A stretch of 64,000 nt of DNA from positions 2,880,001-2,944,000 of the forward strand of contig OY761556.1 of the NCBI GenBank assembly GCA_963664705.1, written 5' to 3'. The translations under genes and the position numbers were made by a program. This DNA is from Acidobacteriota bacterium (GTDB lineage Bacteria > Acidobacteriota > UBA6911). Position 1 is the stretch's first letter. Each line of letters starts with the position of its first letter. The notes under the pieces were generated by a model. It worked only from the letters and a program-made list of their open reading frames with translations. It ran no database searches and was not told the origin of the DNA. Below, in pieces: positions 53,042 to 61,088 of the stretch.

Positions 53042-53998
53042 TCAGGGGTGAATTACTGCGTATCGGAAGTCCATCTGCTCTCTTTCAATGCCCTGCGAAA
53101 CAATCTGGATCGCGTAGATGGTTTGAGTATCTTCGAGAGTCCGGGCCAAGATCGTTTGGCCGACTTCTACCTGAATGGATTGCTCTCCAGCCCAATTTAT
53201 GCGGGTCTCGTCACCATGGGGATCGAATAGACCATAGAACTTTGCCTTCAGCATCGTGCCCTTCAGTTTTGTGATCGGTACGTCACAATGAGCAAATGCC
53301 CAAAAGGGAGACCAGCGCGAACGCTCCATTTTTTCGAAATAAAAATAGCCTGTCTTACCTGGATTGCCCTGGCTCCATTGAAGCTTATTACCATTCAGGT
53401 CAAGCCAAACTGCCTGATTCCTACCGCCCTCTGTGCTAGCTTGACGTATTTCACCCAGCGTGATCGGACCTTTGGATTTGAACCACACGGATGTTCGATC
53501 GTCGACCGCTTTCTCCAGAAGCCGCTTTTCTGTGAGAATCCGCCGATATTCCTTATCGACTTCAAAGAGGTAGCGCGAGAAAACGATTTGGACTTGTTCC
53601 TTCAACACTTTGCTGTCCAGGTCGGAAAATCTGAAATTGGACGGCAATGGCACAACCGAGAGCTCGGGAACCGCCAGAAAATCGCTGCCCATTCTACTTC
53701 CGCCCAAGCTGGACAACATGTATATGCGGCCCTTTTGAATCGGGTATAGCGAAGCGATCCGCAGTTCACCAGGCTTTCGGTTGCCCTTGAGCACCTTCAC
53801 AACTTTGACCTTTGCCGCTTGGAGTCCATCGGTGTCGACGTCGACCTTCTCTGCCTCAATTGAGATGCATTCCGCTATGATGATATCCTGGGCCCGCGCG
53901 ATGTAGCTGTCAGTGTCTTCGAATAAGGTGACTTTGATTGCGAATAGGGAGGACGCGCTCAGGCACAGCATCAATGTCGAAATAAGCCCTTTTTGCAT
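53042..53998 (-). CDS. Secreted hypothetical protein, cassette gene
   Basis: 318 aa with signal peptide ending LFA. Confidence 0.7.
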   Translation of the reverse strand: MQKGLISTLMLCLSASSLFAIKVTLFEDTDSYIARAQDIIIAECISIEAEKVDVDTDGLQAAKVKVVKVLKGNRKPGELRIASLYPIQKGRIYMLSSLGGSRMGSDFLAVPELSVVPLPSNFRFSDLDSKVLKEQVQIVFSRYLFEVDKEYRRILTEKRLLEKAVDDRTSVWFKSKGPITLGEIRQASTEGGRNQAVWLDLNGNKLQWSQGNPGKTGYFYFEKMERSRWSPFWAFAHCDVPITKLKGTMLKAKFYGLFDPHGDETRINWAGEQSIQVEVGQTILARTLEDTQTIYAIQIVSQGIEREQMDFRYAVIHP

Positions 53999-54194
53999 AG
54001 CCTTACCCCAATAAATCCACTCGCTTGAGACGAGTGCGAATTCCGTGTATCAGCATGGTTATGTTGTTAACGGACGTCTTGCCAATTTGATGCAAACACC
54101 CAGCAATTGTTCCGTTAAGAATAGCCCTGCTGTAATACTTTTGTTAGAAAAATTCGATTCCGCATGGAACGCTCAATTATCGGTGTGGCGGCGA

Positions 54195-54225
54195 GGCAAC
54201 TTCCTCGATTCCGACTTCCTGGGAC
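54195..54225 (+). repeat. Class A site
   Basis: GGCAACTTCCTCGA|TTCCGAC|TTCCTGGGAC. Confidence 0.8.
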
Positions 54226-54291
54226 TAATCCGGCCGCAGTGCTAAAATGCTTTGTAAAAAGGCGGCTGCAATCTTGTTACCATAACGGATC

Positions 54292-55461
54292 ATGCTGATA
54301 CCTATGGCTGAAGAGCAATGCAATTATGAAAGACTCTCAGTGGCACAGCGAGCGGCTTTGCGCATCGTATCCGATCGCGCGTCCCTCCTGGAATCCCAGG
54401 CTTACTCCAAATTGCCATCGCTTTTGAGGAACTGCGGTTGTGTCGAGGGCATGTTTGATGAAGCCATGCAGAGCATCCGCGCGAATGCAAGAGTAGCCGT
54501 GCATTTTCATCCTGACCGATTCGGTTCAAAGCCGTTAACCGTTGCTGAATCTCTTCTGAATGAGGGGCTCTACCTGAATCAATTTGAGACAGGCCTGTCG
54601 AGTGGTGGACGATCCGCGTTTCCCGGCGGTGATCGAGATCGATGGGAGAGAGACCTTTTTGGCGGCGCCTATCATGCTCCGGGTGTAACGGCAGCTGAGC
54701 GACCAAAGTATGGAGCGCTGATGCTGGTGCGCCATCCGGACGGGCCAACACCGCGTTTTGGTTCCTGCTATTTCATTCTTCGGCAATCCGTCTCCAATCG
54801 TTGCACGTTCACATTTTCAGGGAGTGAGCAAGCACTTGCGATTAAGCGTCTTGGGACCATGGAAAAGATGCTTAGCGTGATGGTGGCGTTACTGAGCGAA
54901 GTGGCGAGTGGTGAGGGCACAAAAGTTCCCTGGCCGCCATACGTAACCTCGACATTGGGCATTGAAAGCGTGACCATCGCTCAACTCCTCAATGTTTTTT
55001 GTCGGGATTTGTCCCTTCCCCCGACGGATCCTTCTACGGGAAAACCGGGACGCGTGCTGGATTCATGCGTTGAAGCGCAGGTTCATGGACCGATCGATTT
55101 GCGCTGTGACATTGAACAGCTTGTCGTTGACCCATCATTTGATGGAACTCCGATCGGAGAGACACTGATCGAAATCTCTCGAAAATACGATATTCCGATC
55201 CAGTATCATTGCGGATTTCAGCTTTCCATTCATGATGTCCCTGACAATTTTCGAGGCCCTGAAATGCCACGGCTTGCACGACGAATTGCGCTGAAGGGAC
55301 TAATGAATGCAGCCGTAATCGGTGCTGCCGAGGCCACTCTATGCTGGAAGCCTGAAACCTGGCAAGACTGGGGATCCTATGAGGAATCATTGCAACATCT
55401 AAAACAGCTCTGGCATGTGGTGGTGCACTATGGGAGCCCGCAACAGCAAGACAGTGCCTGA
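54292..55461 (+). CDS. DUF3626-like protein, cassette gene
   Basis: HFHPDR, NQFETGLSSG, RPKYGAL, RFGSCYF.L, EAQVHG, LKQLWH. Confidence 0.75.
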   Translation: MLIPMAEEQCNYERLSVAQRAALRIVSDRASLLESQAYSKLPSLLRNCGCVEGMFDEAMQSIRANARVAVHFHPDRFGSKPLTVAESLLNEGLYLNQFETGLSSGGRSAFPGGDRDRWERDLFGGAYHAPGVTAAERPKYGALMLVRHPDGPTPRFGSCYFILRQSVSNRCTFTFSGSEQALAIKRLGTMEKMLSVMVALLSEVASGEGTKVPWPPYVTSTLGIESVTIAQLLNVFCRDLSLPPTDPSTGKPGRVLDSCVEAQVHGPIDLRCDIEQLVVDPSFDGTPIGETLIEISRKYDIPIQYHCGFQLSIHDVPDNFRGPEMPRLARRIALKGLMNAAVIGAAEATLCWKPETWQDWGSYEESLQHLKQLWHVVVHYGSPQQQDSA

Positions 55462-55489
55462 CATCACCTAGTGGGTAAACCGATTTGAA

Positions 55490-55518
55490 TTTCTAATAAA
55501 CGGCAATCGCAGAGACGG
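55490..55518 (-). repeat. Class B site (degenerate)
   Basis: - strand CCGTCTCTGCGA|TTGCCGT|TTATTAGAAA. Confidence 0.55.
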
Positions 55519-55535
55519 CACAATCAAGGCTTCTT

Positions 55536-55576
55536 TACATTTTGGCGTCATCTCCCACAATGCGACTTCCTGGGAC
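55536..55576 (+). repeat. Class A site (best match to consensus)
   Basis: TACATTTTGGCGTCATCTCCCACA|ATGCGAC|TTCCTGGGAC. Confidence 0.9.
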
Positions 55577-55647
55577 TTTCGAACATTTTTCCAATTTGGG
55601 TAGGCATTATTGGGCCTTTTACGTTCTTGTCATCAGGAACCCGTGAT

Positions 55648-55676
55648 GTAATCCCAGATCCGGACTCTATTGGGAC
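55648..55676 (+). repeat. Class A site
   Basis: GTAATCCCAGA|TCCGGAC|TCTATTGGGAC. Confidence 0.6.
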
Positions 55677-55734
55677 TGTTTGAAATTAACACGTTTGATC
55701 CCGTGAGAAGCCGTTCTTATTTGCAGGAGCACAA

Positions 55735-56361
55735 ATGAACCGAATTCACCCTGTCGTGATTGCTTTTGCAGCCTTAATGTTTGCATATTGTCTTTGTGCA
55801 TTTGCGGGGGCTCCATTTCCAATGATTAGAGCAAGTAGTTCAAGCAATGGAAAGTTCCTCGTAATTGCGGAATACCAATATGAGAATCCCGCTGAAACAA
55901 TAAGACGGATCAACAAAATCATTTATCACGTGGATCAAAGGGAAGACTTCATTAATGATCAGTTCACAACCCTAGCTGCATACTGGTCGGATTCAGGGTC
56001 TTGGAATGTCCACCTCGATTGGCCTAAAGGAGTAATGGGAGGGCTATTGCCTTACATTTCCGATGATGGAGAGATTTTAGTTTTTATATCAGTTACGCCG
56101 CCCTTTTCGGGTATAGAGATTTTAAAAATTTATCGAAAAGACGGAAATCAAGGTGCGATGCTTAAGGCTTATCAGCTGAAGGATATTTGGACACCAGCGG
56201 AGATGAACTCACACGCTGATCTTATTTCCAATGGCCGACCATTATGGTTTACAGGGGGAAGTTTCAGTTTTTCGTCAGACAATCAGCAATTTATTCATAA
56301 GACTCCGTGGGGAAAAATAATTCGCATCAATTTGCAGGACGGTTCTGTTTCTAGAGAATAA
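55735..56361 (+). CDS. Secreted hypothetical protein, cassette gene
   Basis: RBS AGGAG; signal peptide ending AFA. Confidence 0.75.
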   Translation: MNRIHPVVIAFAALMFAYCLCAFAGAPFPMIRASSSSNGKFLVIAEYQYENPAETIRRINKIIYHVDQREDFINDQFTTLAAYWSDSGSWNVHLDWPKGVMGGLLPYISDDGEILVFISVTPPFSGIEILKIYRKDGNQGAMLKAYQLKDIWTPAEMNSHADLISNGRPLWFTGGSFSFSSDNQQFIHKTPWGKIIRINLQDGSVSRE

Positions 56362-56393
56362 ATCTGAGTAGCCATTTGAGGGCAGTGATTAAC

Positions 56394-56429
56394 CATTTGG
56401 CGTTATCTCCCACAACGCGACTTCAGGAT
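56394..56429 (+). repeat. Class A site
   Basis: CATTTGGCGTTATCTCCCACA|ACGCGAC|TTCAGGAT. Confidence 0.9.
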
Positions 56430-56509
56430 AAGAGCTTTCTTCCCAATCACTATTATGTTAGGCCAGGCAAGTTATATAATGACTGCACTCGGAGCAGACA
56501 GGAGTTGTT

Positions 56510-56677
56510 ATGAATACTGCACTTCTTTTTGTCGCAATGATAGGAAGTTCGGTTGCGACTGCTTGCGTTGCCGCAGCAAAACATAGGAGTGTCATTTTGT
56601 GGACGATTATAAGTTTAACTATTCCAATCCTGCCCTTGATCGTAGTACTCATCTTGCCAAGCAAGACTTCCGGATAA
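56510..56677 (+). CDS. 55-aa two-TM microprotein, cassette gene (not in the ORF track)
   Basis: TATAAT at 56475, RBS AGGAG, MNTALLFVAMIGSSVATACVAAAKHRSVILWTIISLTIPILPLIVVLILPSKTSG*. Confidence 0.65.
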   Translation: MNTALLFVAMIGSSVATACVAAAKHRSVILWTIISLTIPILPLIVVLILPSKTSG

Positions 56678-56710
56678 ACGGCCAGAACCGACGCAAGGAG
56701 GAGGAATTTG

Positions 56711-56751
56711 CATTGTGGCGTTATGTCCTCGAATCGGACTACAGGACAATT
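56711..56751 (+). repeat. Class A site
   Basis: CATTGTGGCGTTATGTCCTCGA|ATCGGAC|TACAGGACAATT. Confidence 0.85.
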
Positions 56752-56781
56752 ACATCCGGATTTCGGGACAGTTTAATTGAC

Positions 56782-57270
56782 TTATTTATCACTACGTATA
56801 TTTCTTCTGAAATAATATAGGTGAGGTTCTTTCGGATTGCGACCAAACTCAAATCCATCCTGGAAACGTGTTATCGGGCCGTATGATGAAAATGTGTTCA
56901 TGAAATAAATTCCTTCTTCAATGCCATCCCGGAGATTTAACACAATAGCTACATTTAACCGATGATTGTAGACTCGCACCGGCTTTAGTTCCTTTATGGC
57001 ATCAGACCAGCAAACGGATGGAATCTCGAATTCGCCCTTGTCAAAGAATTCTGGAGGAGACCATGCTTTTCCTGTCGACGGGAGCAAGTTTTCACACTTA
57101 CTGTTGCTTTCGAAAGCGGCTGCCCTTATTTCGTTAATGCTTCGATTCGATTTCAGAATTATGTGGCTGAAGCCAACTGCGCTTGTTATCAGTTCCTGAG
57201 AAAAGACGGCCATGCCAACAATGAGAATAATTAAAAGCAACGACGCCACGCATATTAGATAATTTTTCAT
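56782..57270 (-). CDS. Secreted or membrane-anchored hypothetical protein, cassette gene
   Basis: RBS GGAGG then MKNYLICVASLLLIILIVGMAVFS. Confidence 0.7.
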   Translation of the reverse strand: MKNYLICVASLLLIILIVGMAVFSQELITSAVGFSHIILKSNRSINEIRAAAFESNSKCENLLPSTGKAWSPPEFFDKGEFEIPSVCWSDAIKELKPVRVYNHRLNVAIVLNLRDGIEEGIYFMNTFSSYGPITRFQDGFEFGRNPKEPHLYYFRRNIRSDK

Positions 57271-57479
57271 AGAATGCCTCCATTGGCATGGAGCATTTTC
57301 AGCAGTCAATGGAATTTTCCATTGTGTTTATGCATCCCAGCAATTGTGTCCATTATATACAAAGTTAGAGGTTATCCCGATCAATATATTCGACAACTCC
57401 TCGCCGAGGAGCATTTGCTATCATATGTATTAAGAACGATTTGTGGCATTTTATGGCGCTTACTGGCCTGAAACGGGAA

Positions 57480-57729
57480 TTAACCGGCCAATATTGCACG
57501 TATTATGGAATTTCCCCATGAGATTTGGATAGGAAATCAGCTAAATAGCTTGTCCCATATTCTTCTTTTTTCTTCTTCAGATTTGATGCGAGCGGCTTAT
57601 TTACAGGGTGCTGCGACCAGCAAAAATGCGGGCCTACTTATCCACACATATTGGTTCTTGATCGTGTTATAGTCAAAGAAGCAATAGACTTCGCATACCC
57701 TGAAAAACTGGCAGAGATTGGCCGGTTAA
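57480..57729 (+). mobile_element. 250-bp non-autonomous relative of the dual-recombinase element, inserted in a class B site
   Basis: TIRs TTAACCGGCCAAT and ATTGGCCGGTTAA; 57710-57728 is the exact reverse complement of 46842-46860; 57539-57566 matches the reverse complement of 50193-50220 at 25/28. Confidence 0.85.
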
Positions 57730-57758
57730 ACGGCAATGTGGGAAACTGTAAATTTCTG

Positions 57759-58022
57759 TTAATTAATCAGGTCTTTTACTTTTTGCCATTCGGATATTGC
57801 TGCCGCACAGACGTCATCAACGGGCCACATTTGCCCCCAGAGACGATCATGCCTTGTTGCGGCTTCCATAACCAATTCTATGTTGGCTCCCGTATTTACC
57901 AAAGCCAGTAAGACTGCCGAATCGGCAAGAAGTATCCGAAAAATTTGCCTGTCTTCAGCTTGGTGAGTCTTGTTTGCGGCTTGATCGAGGCTGATGATGT
58001 ACTGCGCAATCTTTCGTCTCAT
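57759..58022 (-). CDS. Hypothetical protein, cassette gene
   Basis: 87-aa ORF filling the space between two class B sites. Confidence 0.55.
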   Translation of the reverse strand: MRRKIAQYIISLDQAANKTHQAEDRQIFRILLADSAVLLALVNTGANIELVMEAATRHDRLWGQMWPVDDVCAAAISEWQKVKDLIN

Positions 58023-58142
58023 ATTCTTTGCTTTCTAGCAGTAACCTCGCCGTTTTTATGTCAATTGGCTGCAAATAATGTCCTCGATTCAGAGGCATGA
58101 ATCAATGCGAAAACAAACAATTGGAATCATTCAAAGGGCATA

Positions 58143-58174
58143 GATCCCAAGAAACGGCAATGTGGGAAGTAACC
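58143..58174 (-). repeat. Class B site
   Basis: - strand GGTTACTTCCCACA|TTGCCGT|TTCTTGGGATC. Confidence 0.85.
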
Positions 58175-58223
58175 GGCTCCGGCGGGCATTGTGGAGTTAA
58201 TTGTGATTCCGGGACGGTAGTTT

Positions 58224-58538
58224 TCAAGCAGCGTCAATATTCACTCTCATCTTCAGACCTGCTTCATCAATAAGTTCCTGGAGTGAAAGGCGCACGAATT
58301 GCTCCGGACTGCGGCCCAGAATCTTGGCGAAGCGCGCGGCCCGTTCTGCGCCTACAACCTTGCGGCCTTTTTCGATGTCGCAAAGGTGCGAAGGGGAAAC
58401 GCCGAGTTTGCGAGCAAAGGCAGTTTGAGACATTTCCTCACCCAGGCGGATCGACTCTATAAGCCCCCCTAGGGTTAGCGGCCTACCGGCAACCCGTTCC
58501 AAATATTTCATTGTGTTGCTTTTTGTTTTAGTACGCAT
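58224..58538 (-). CDS. XRE-family HTH antitoxin (HigA-like)
   Basis: MSQTAFARKLGVSPSHLCDIEKGRK; start overlaps the toxin 3' end. Confidence 0.85.
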   Translation of the reverse strand: MRTKTKSNTMKYLERVAGRPLTLGGLIESIRLGEEMSQTAFARKLGVSPSHLCDIEKGRKVVGAERAARFAKILGRSPEQFVRLSLQELIDEAGLKMRVNIDAA

Positions 58539-58771
58539 GCTTTGAAATCTCCTCCACCGAAACAAATTCGATAGAACCGTTGTCATACACTCGATAAATA
58601 GCCCTGTATGCTCGGCTCAATCGGATAGATCGCTGCCCCATTCGGTTGCCATGCAGGGGCTCGTCATGATAGACATAATGGAGTGATCGGTCTCTAGCAT
58701 GTAATATCGTGGGTTACAGCTGAAGTCGTGGTGACGAAGCTGCAGAGCCATAAAACATGAGGAGACCGATC

Positions 58772-59866
58772 ATGGCAGATTGTATCACTTGGGTAGGGAT
58801 GGATGATTCAGCAAAAAAGATAAACGTCGCAATTTTTCGCGGGCAGGAAAGTAACCCTCGAGAAGAACTTGTTGTATCAAACGACAGTACGGGGCTGGGT
58901 CGGTTAGCGAAAAAGCTAAGGGCATTTGAAGATGATGTACGGTGCGTCTACGAAGCGGGCGTTAATGGATACTATTTGCAGCGCTATTTGGCCAAACATG
59001 GGATTTCTTGTGAGGTTGCGGCCCCTTCGTTGACTCCGAGACGAGCGGGGAAAAAAGTAAAAACGGATAAGCTGGATGCGAAAGCCTTGGGCAAATTGTA
59101 CCGAGCGGGAGAACTAACATGTATTGTGATCCCGCAAAAAGAACAGGAAAGTCTGCGAGATCTGGTGCGTGCGCGAGAAGACGCATTGGAAGACCAGCAG
59201 CGAGCACGGCATCGATTAGCACGGTTTCTGATGCGACGTGGATTGAAATATCCGCAGGGCAAGAACTGGTCGCTTGGGCACCTAAAGTGGATTAAGAGCC
59301 TTGTGTTTGAGGATGATGGGGATCAAACAGTACTGGAGGAATATCGACAGGCGCTTGAGCAACAGACGGAGCGGTTGAAAACATTCCAGGGAAAAATCGA
59401 GGAAGTTGCAAAACAGCCGAACTATCAAAAGCGAGTCAGCTATTTGATGGCGCTAAAAGGCGTTCAGGTTCTGACGGCGATGACGATTATCGCAGAAGCG
59501 CTCGATTTAAGACGGTTCGTTGATGCGCCTTCGTTTATGGCCGCTATTGGGGTGGTGCCTTCGGAAAGCAGCTCAGGTGAACTTGAAAGACGGGGAAGGA
59601 TAACCAAAACGGGAAACAGCCACCTACGTAGGGTGCTGATCGAAAGCGCCTGGCACTACCGTCATTCTTCAGTAGCTGGCAAAACTCTCAAGAAACGACG
59701 AGAGTGTTTGCCGGCAGAAGTTATCGAGATTGCACAACGTTGCGATAAGCGATTGAATCAAAAATTCCGACGCATGCTCAACCGAGGGAAAGAAAGACAA
59801 AAGATCGCGGTTGCGGTAAGTCGAGAATTGGCAGGATTTATCTGGGCTATCGGTCGTGTTGCATGA
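58772..59866 (+). CDS. IS110-family transposase/recombinase
   Basis: VGMD, YEAG, KTDKLDA (DEDD), GVVPSESSSG, ITKTGNSHLRRVLIESAW, VAVSREL. Confidence 0.95.
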   Translation: MADCITWVGMDDSAKKINVAIFRGQESNPREELVVSNDSTGLGRLAKKLRAFEDDVRCVYEAGVNGYYLQRYLAKHGISCEVAAPSLTPRRAGKKVKTDKLDAKALGKLYRAGELTCIVIPQKEQESLRDLVRAREDALEDQQRARHRLARFLMRRGLKYPQGKNWSLGHLKWIKSLVFEDDGDQTVLEEYRQALEQQTERLKTFQGKIEEVAKQPNYQKRVSYLMALKGVQVLTAMTIIAEALDLRRFVDAPSFMAAIGVVPSESSSGELERRGRITKTGNSHLRRVLIESAWHYRHSSVAGKTLKKRRECLPAEVIEIAQRCDKRLNQKFRRMLNRGKERQKIAVAVSRELAGFIWAIGRVA

Positions 59867-59939
59867 CATAAGGCACCAGCTCTTGCAGCTATTTTGTTCT
59901 TCAATGGATTAATAACGGAAACATTCGGTTAGTGAACGG

Positions 59940-60125
59940 AACAGGAGATCGAGTTCCAGGCTTCGAAAGGAGAAACCTCGACCTGGCTATGTTGGTATGG
60001 GAAACCAGAATCCACGGAAGTAGAGTGAGGCCGCTCCCGATGAATCAGTTGTCATGCGTGCTTATCGACCCGCGAATATCAGATTGATTATCGTCGCTGT
60101 TGCCAACTCGATCCCCTGTTCTTTT
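59940..60125 (+). ncRNA. Putative bridge/seek RNA in the IS right non-coding end (boundaries approximate)
   Basis: Enclosing stem AACAGGAGATCGAGTT...AACTCGATCCCCTGTT; contains target match ACCTGGCTAT (59981-59990) and donor match ATATCAGA (60076-60083). Confidence 0.65.
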
Positions 60126-60361
60126 TACTGGCTGATTTATTTATGAACCGAAGAAAACCAAAATGAACGAACAAGGAACGGATTGATTGTACTTGACCGA
60201 TCACTCCATATCAGCCAGGTATTTTTCTCACCTCTTCGAGTCCACGCTCCTCAACATCTTCCACCCAGGCGGCGAGGTTTTCCACGATGTGACGTGGTAC
60301 CGTTTGCAGCTGCTTACGCGCTCGCTTGCTTAGCTCCACCTGCAATATCATATCGATTCTA

Positions 60362-60390
60362 GTTATACACCTGTCAGGTGAATGTGTCTA
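60362..60390 (-). promoter_or_regulatory. Toxin-antitoxin promoter with operator palindrome
   Basis: - strand TAGACA-17 nt-TATAAC enclosing CACCTG-a-CAGGTG. Confidence 0.6.
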
Positions 60391-60433
60391 TCAAGTATTT
60401 GAATGCTTGCTTTTTCAAGTGGGAAATGAGGAT

Positions 60434-60463
60434 GACCCTAAGAAACGGCATTCGGAGAAACTA
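60434..60463 (-). repeat. Class B site (last copy before the tRNA)
   Basis: - strand TAGTTTCTCCGA|ATGCCGT|TTCTTAGGGTC. Confidence 0.65.
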
Positions 60464-61014
60464 CTCTTGCCATCCAAAATCGCAATAAGGAGAGTCTTTT
60501 CTTTTGTGTGTGAATAGGAATTTGCACTTTGTTCTATTCAAACGAATCCGACTGATTGTTCATTTCTTTCACATTGTTTCACTGTTATTCAAATTACCTT
60601 GAATATGGCCCCTTCGACAGGCTCATGAATCGCCATCCACAAAAATTCATCAATACGCCACGGACAAAAAATACCTCTGAACTTGCCAGGTAGATGAAAG
60701 CAAGGGAGGTAGAGCAATAATGAATGTTGCCCACAGGTGATTGCTCTAAAGAGAACCACTTCCCTGCCCTGGCCGGAAATAGCAACCGACGCGTTCTATG
60801 GATTGCCTGGAAACCGGAAAACTGGAAAGGGCCCTGGCTTTCGGGATTAGCGCTGGTGAGATCGGCCGGGATCCGGAAGCAAACAGAATGTGGGAGGAAG
60901 TTTATGCCTCTCGCTGAGGGATGGCCTCTCCCTCCCTGCCCCCAAGGAGGATTTGAGCAATGAAAGGTCAGAGGGGTTCCAAGCTAAAGGCAAGCAAAAT
61001 AATCACTTGTAGAG

Positions 61015-61088
61015 TGCGCCTGGGGTGACTCGAACACCCGGCCCACGGTTTAGGAAACCGTTGCTCTATCCACCTGAGCTACAGGCGC
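61015..61088 (-). tRNA. tRNA-Arg(CCT), CCA not encoded
   Basis: GCGCCTGTAGCTCAGGTGGATAGAGCAACGGTTTCCTAAACCGTGGGCCGGGTGTTCGAGTCACCCCAGGCGCA folds as a cloverleaf; anticodon CCT. Confidence 0.97.

Larger units (their letters stand above)
58673..60214 (+). mobile_element. IS110-family (IS1111-type) insertion sequence
   Basis: Perfect 15-bp subterminal IRs ATGGAGTGATCGGTC (58678-58692) and GACCGATCACTCCAT (60195-60209); AG/CT core at both junctions; no target duplication. Confidence 0.95.
58528..60351 (-). pseudogene. HigB/RelE-like toxin split by IS110 (parts 60213-60351 and 58528-58672)
   Basis: Rejoined 93 aa: MILQVELSKRARKQLQTVP...VRKIPG|YHDEPLHGNRMGQRSIRLSRAYRAIY...EISKHAY*. Confidence 0.9.

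Noticed and set aside
50906-56751. CRISPR array
   Set aside because: Repeats are degenerate, the intervals are irregular and gene-sized, and no cas genes are present
50285-60463. Classical integron or CALIN array
   Set aside because: No consistent RYYYAAC...GTTRRRY attC boundaries seen, and neither recombinase looked like IntI; IntegronFinder should confirm
29614-60463. dif/pdif (XerCD) sites
   Set aside because: No match to the canonical XerC/XerD arms (e.g. TTATGTTAAAT). Action by a divergent host Xer cannot be fully excluded.
61015-61045. Duplicated tRNA 3' end marking an island attachment site
   Set aside because: No second copy found by eye in the window
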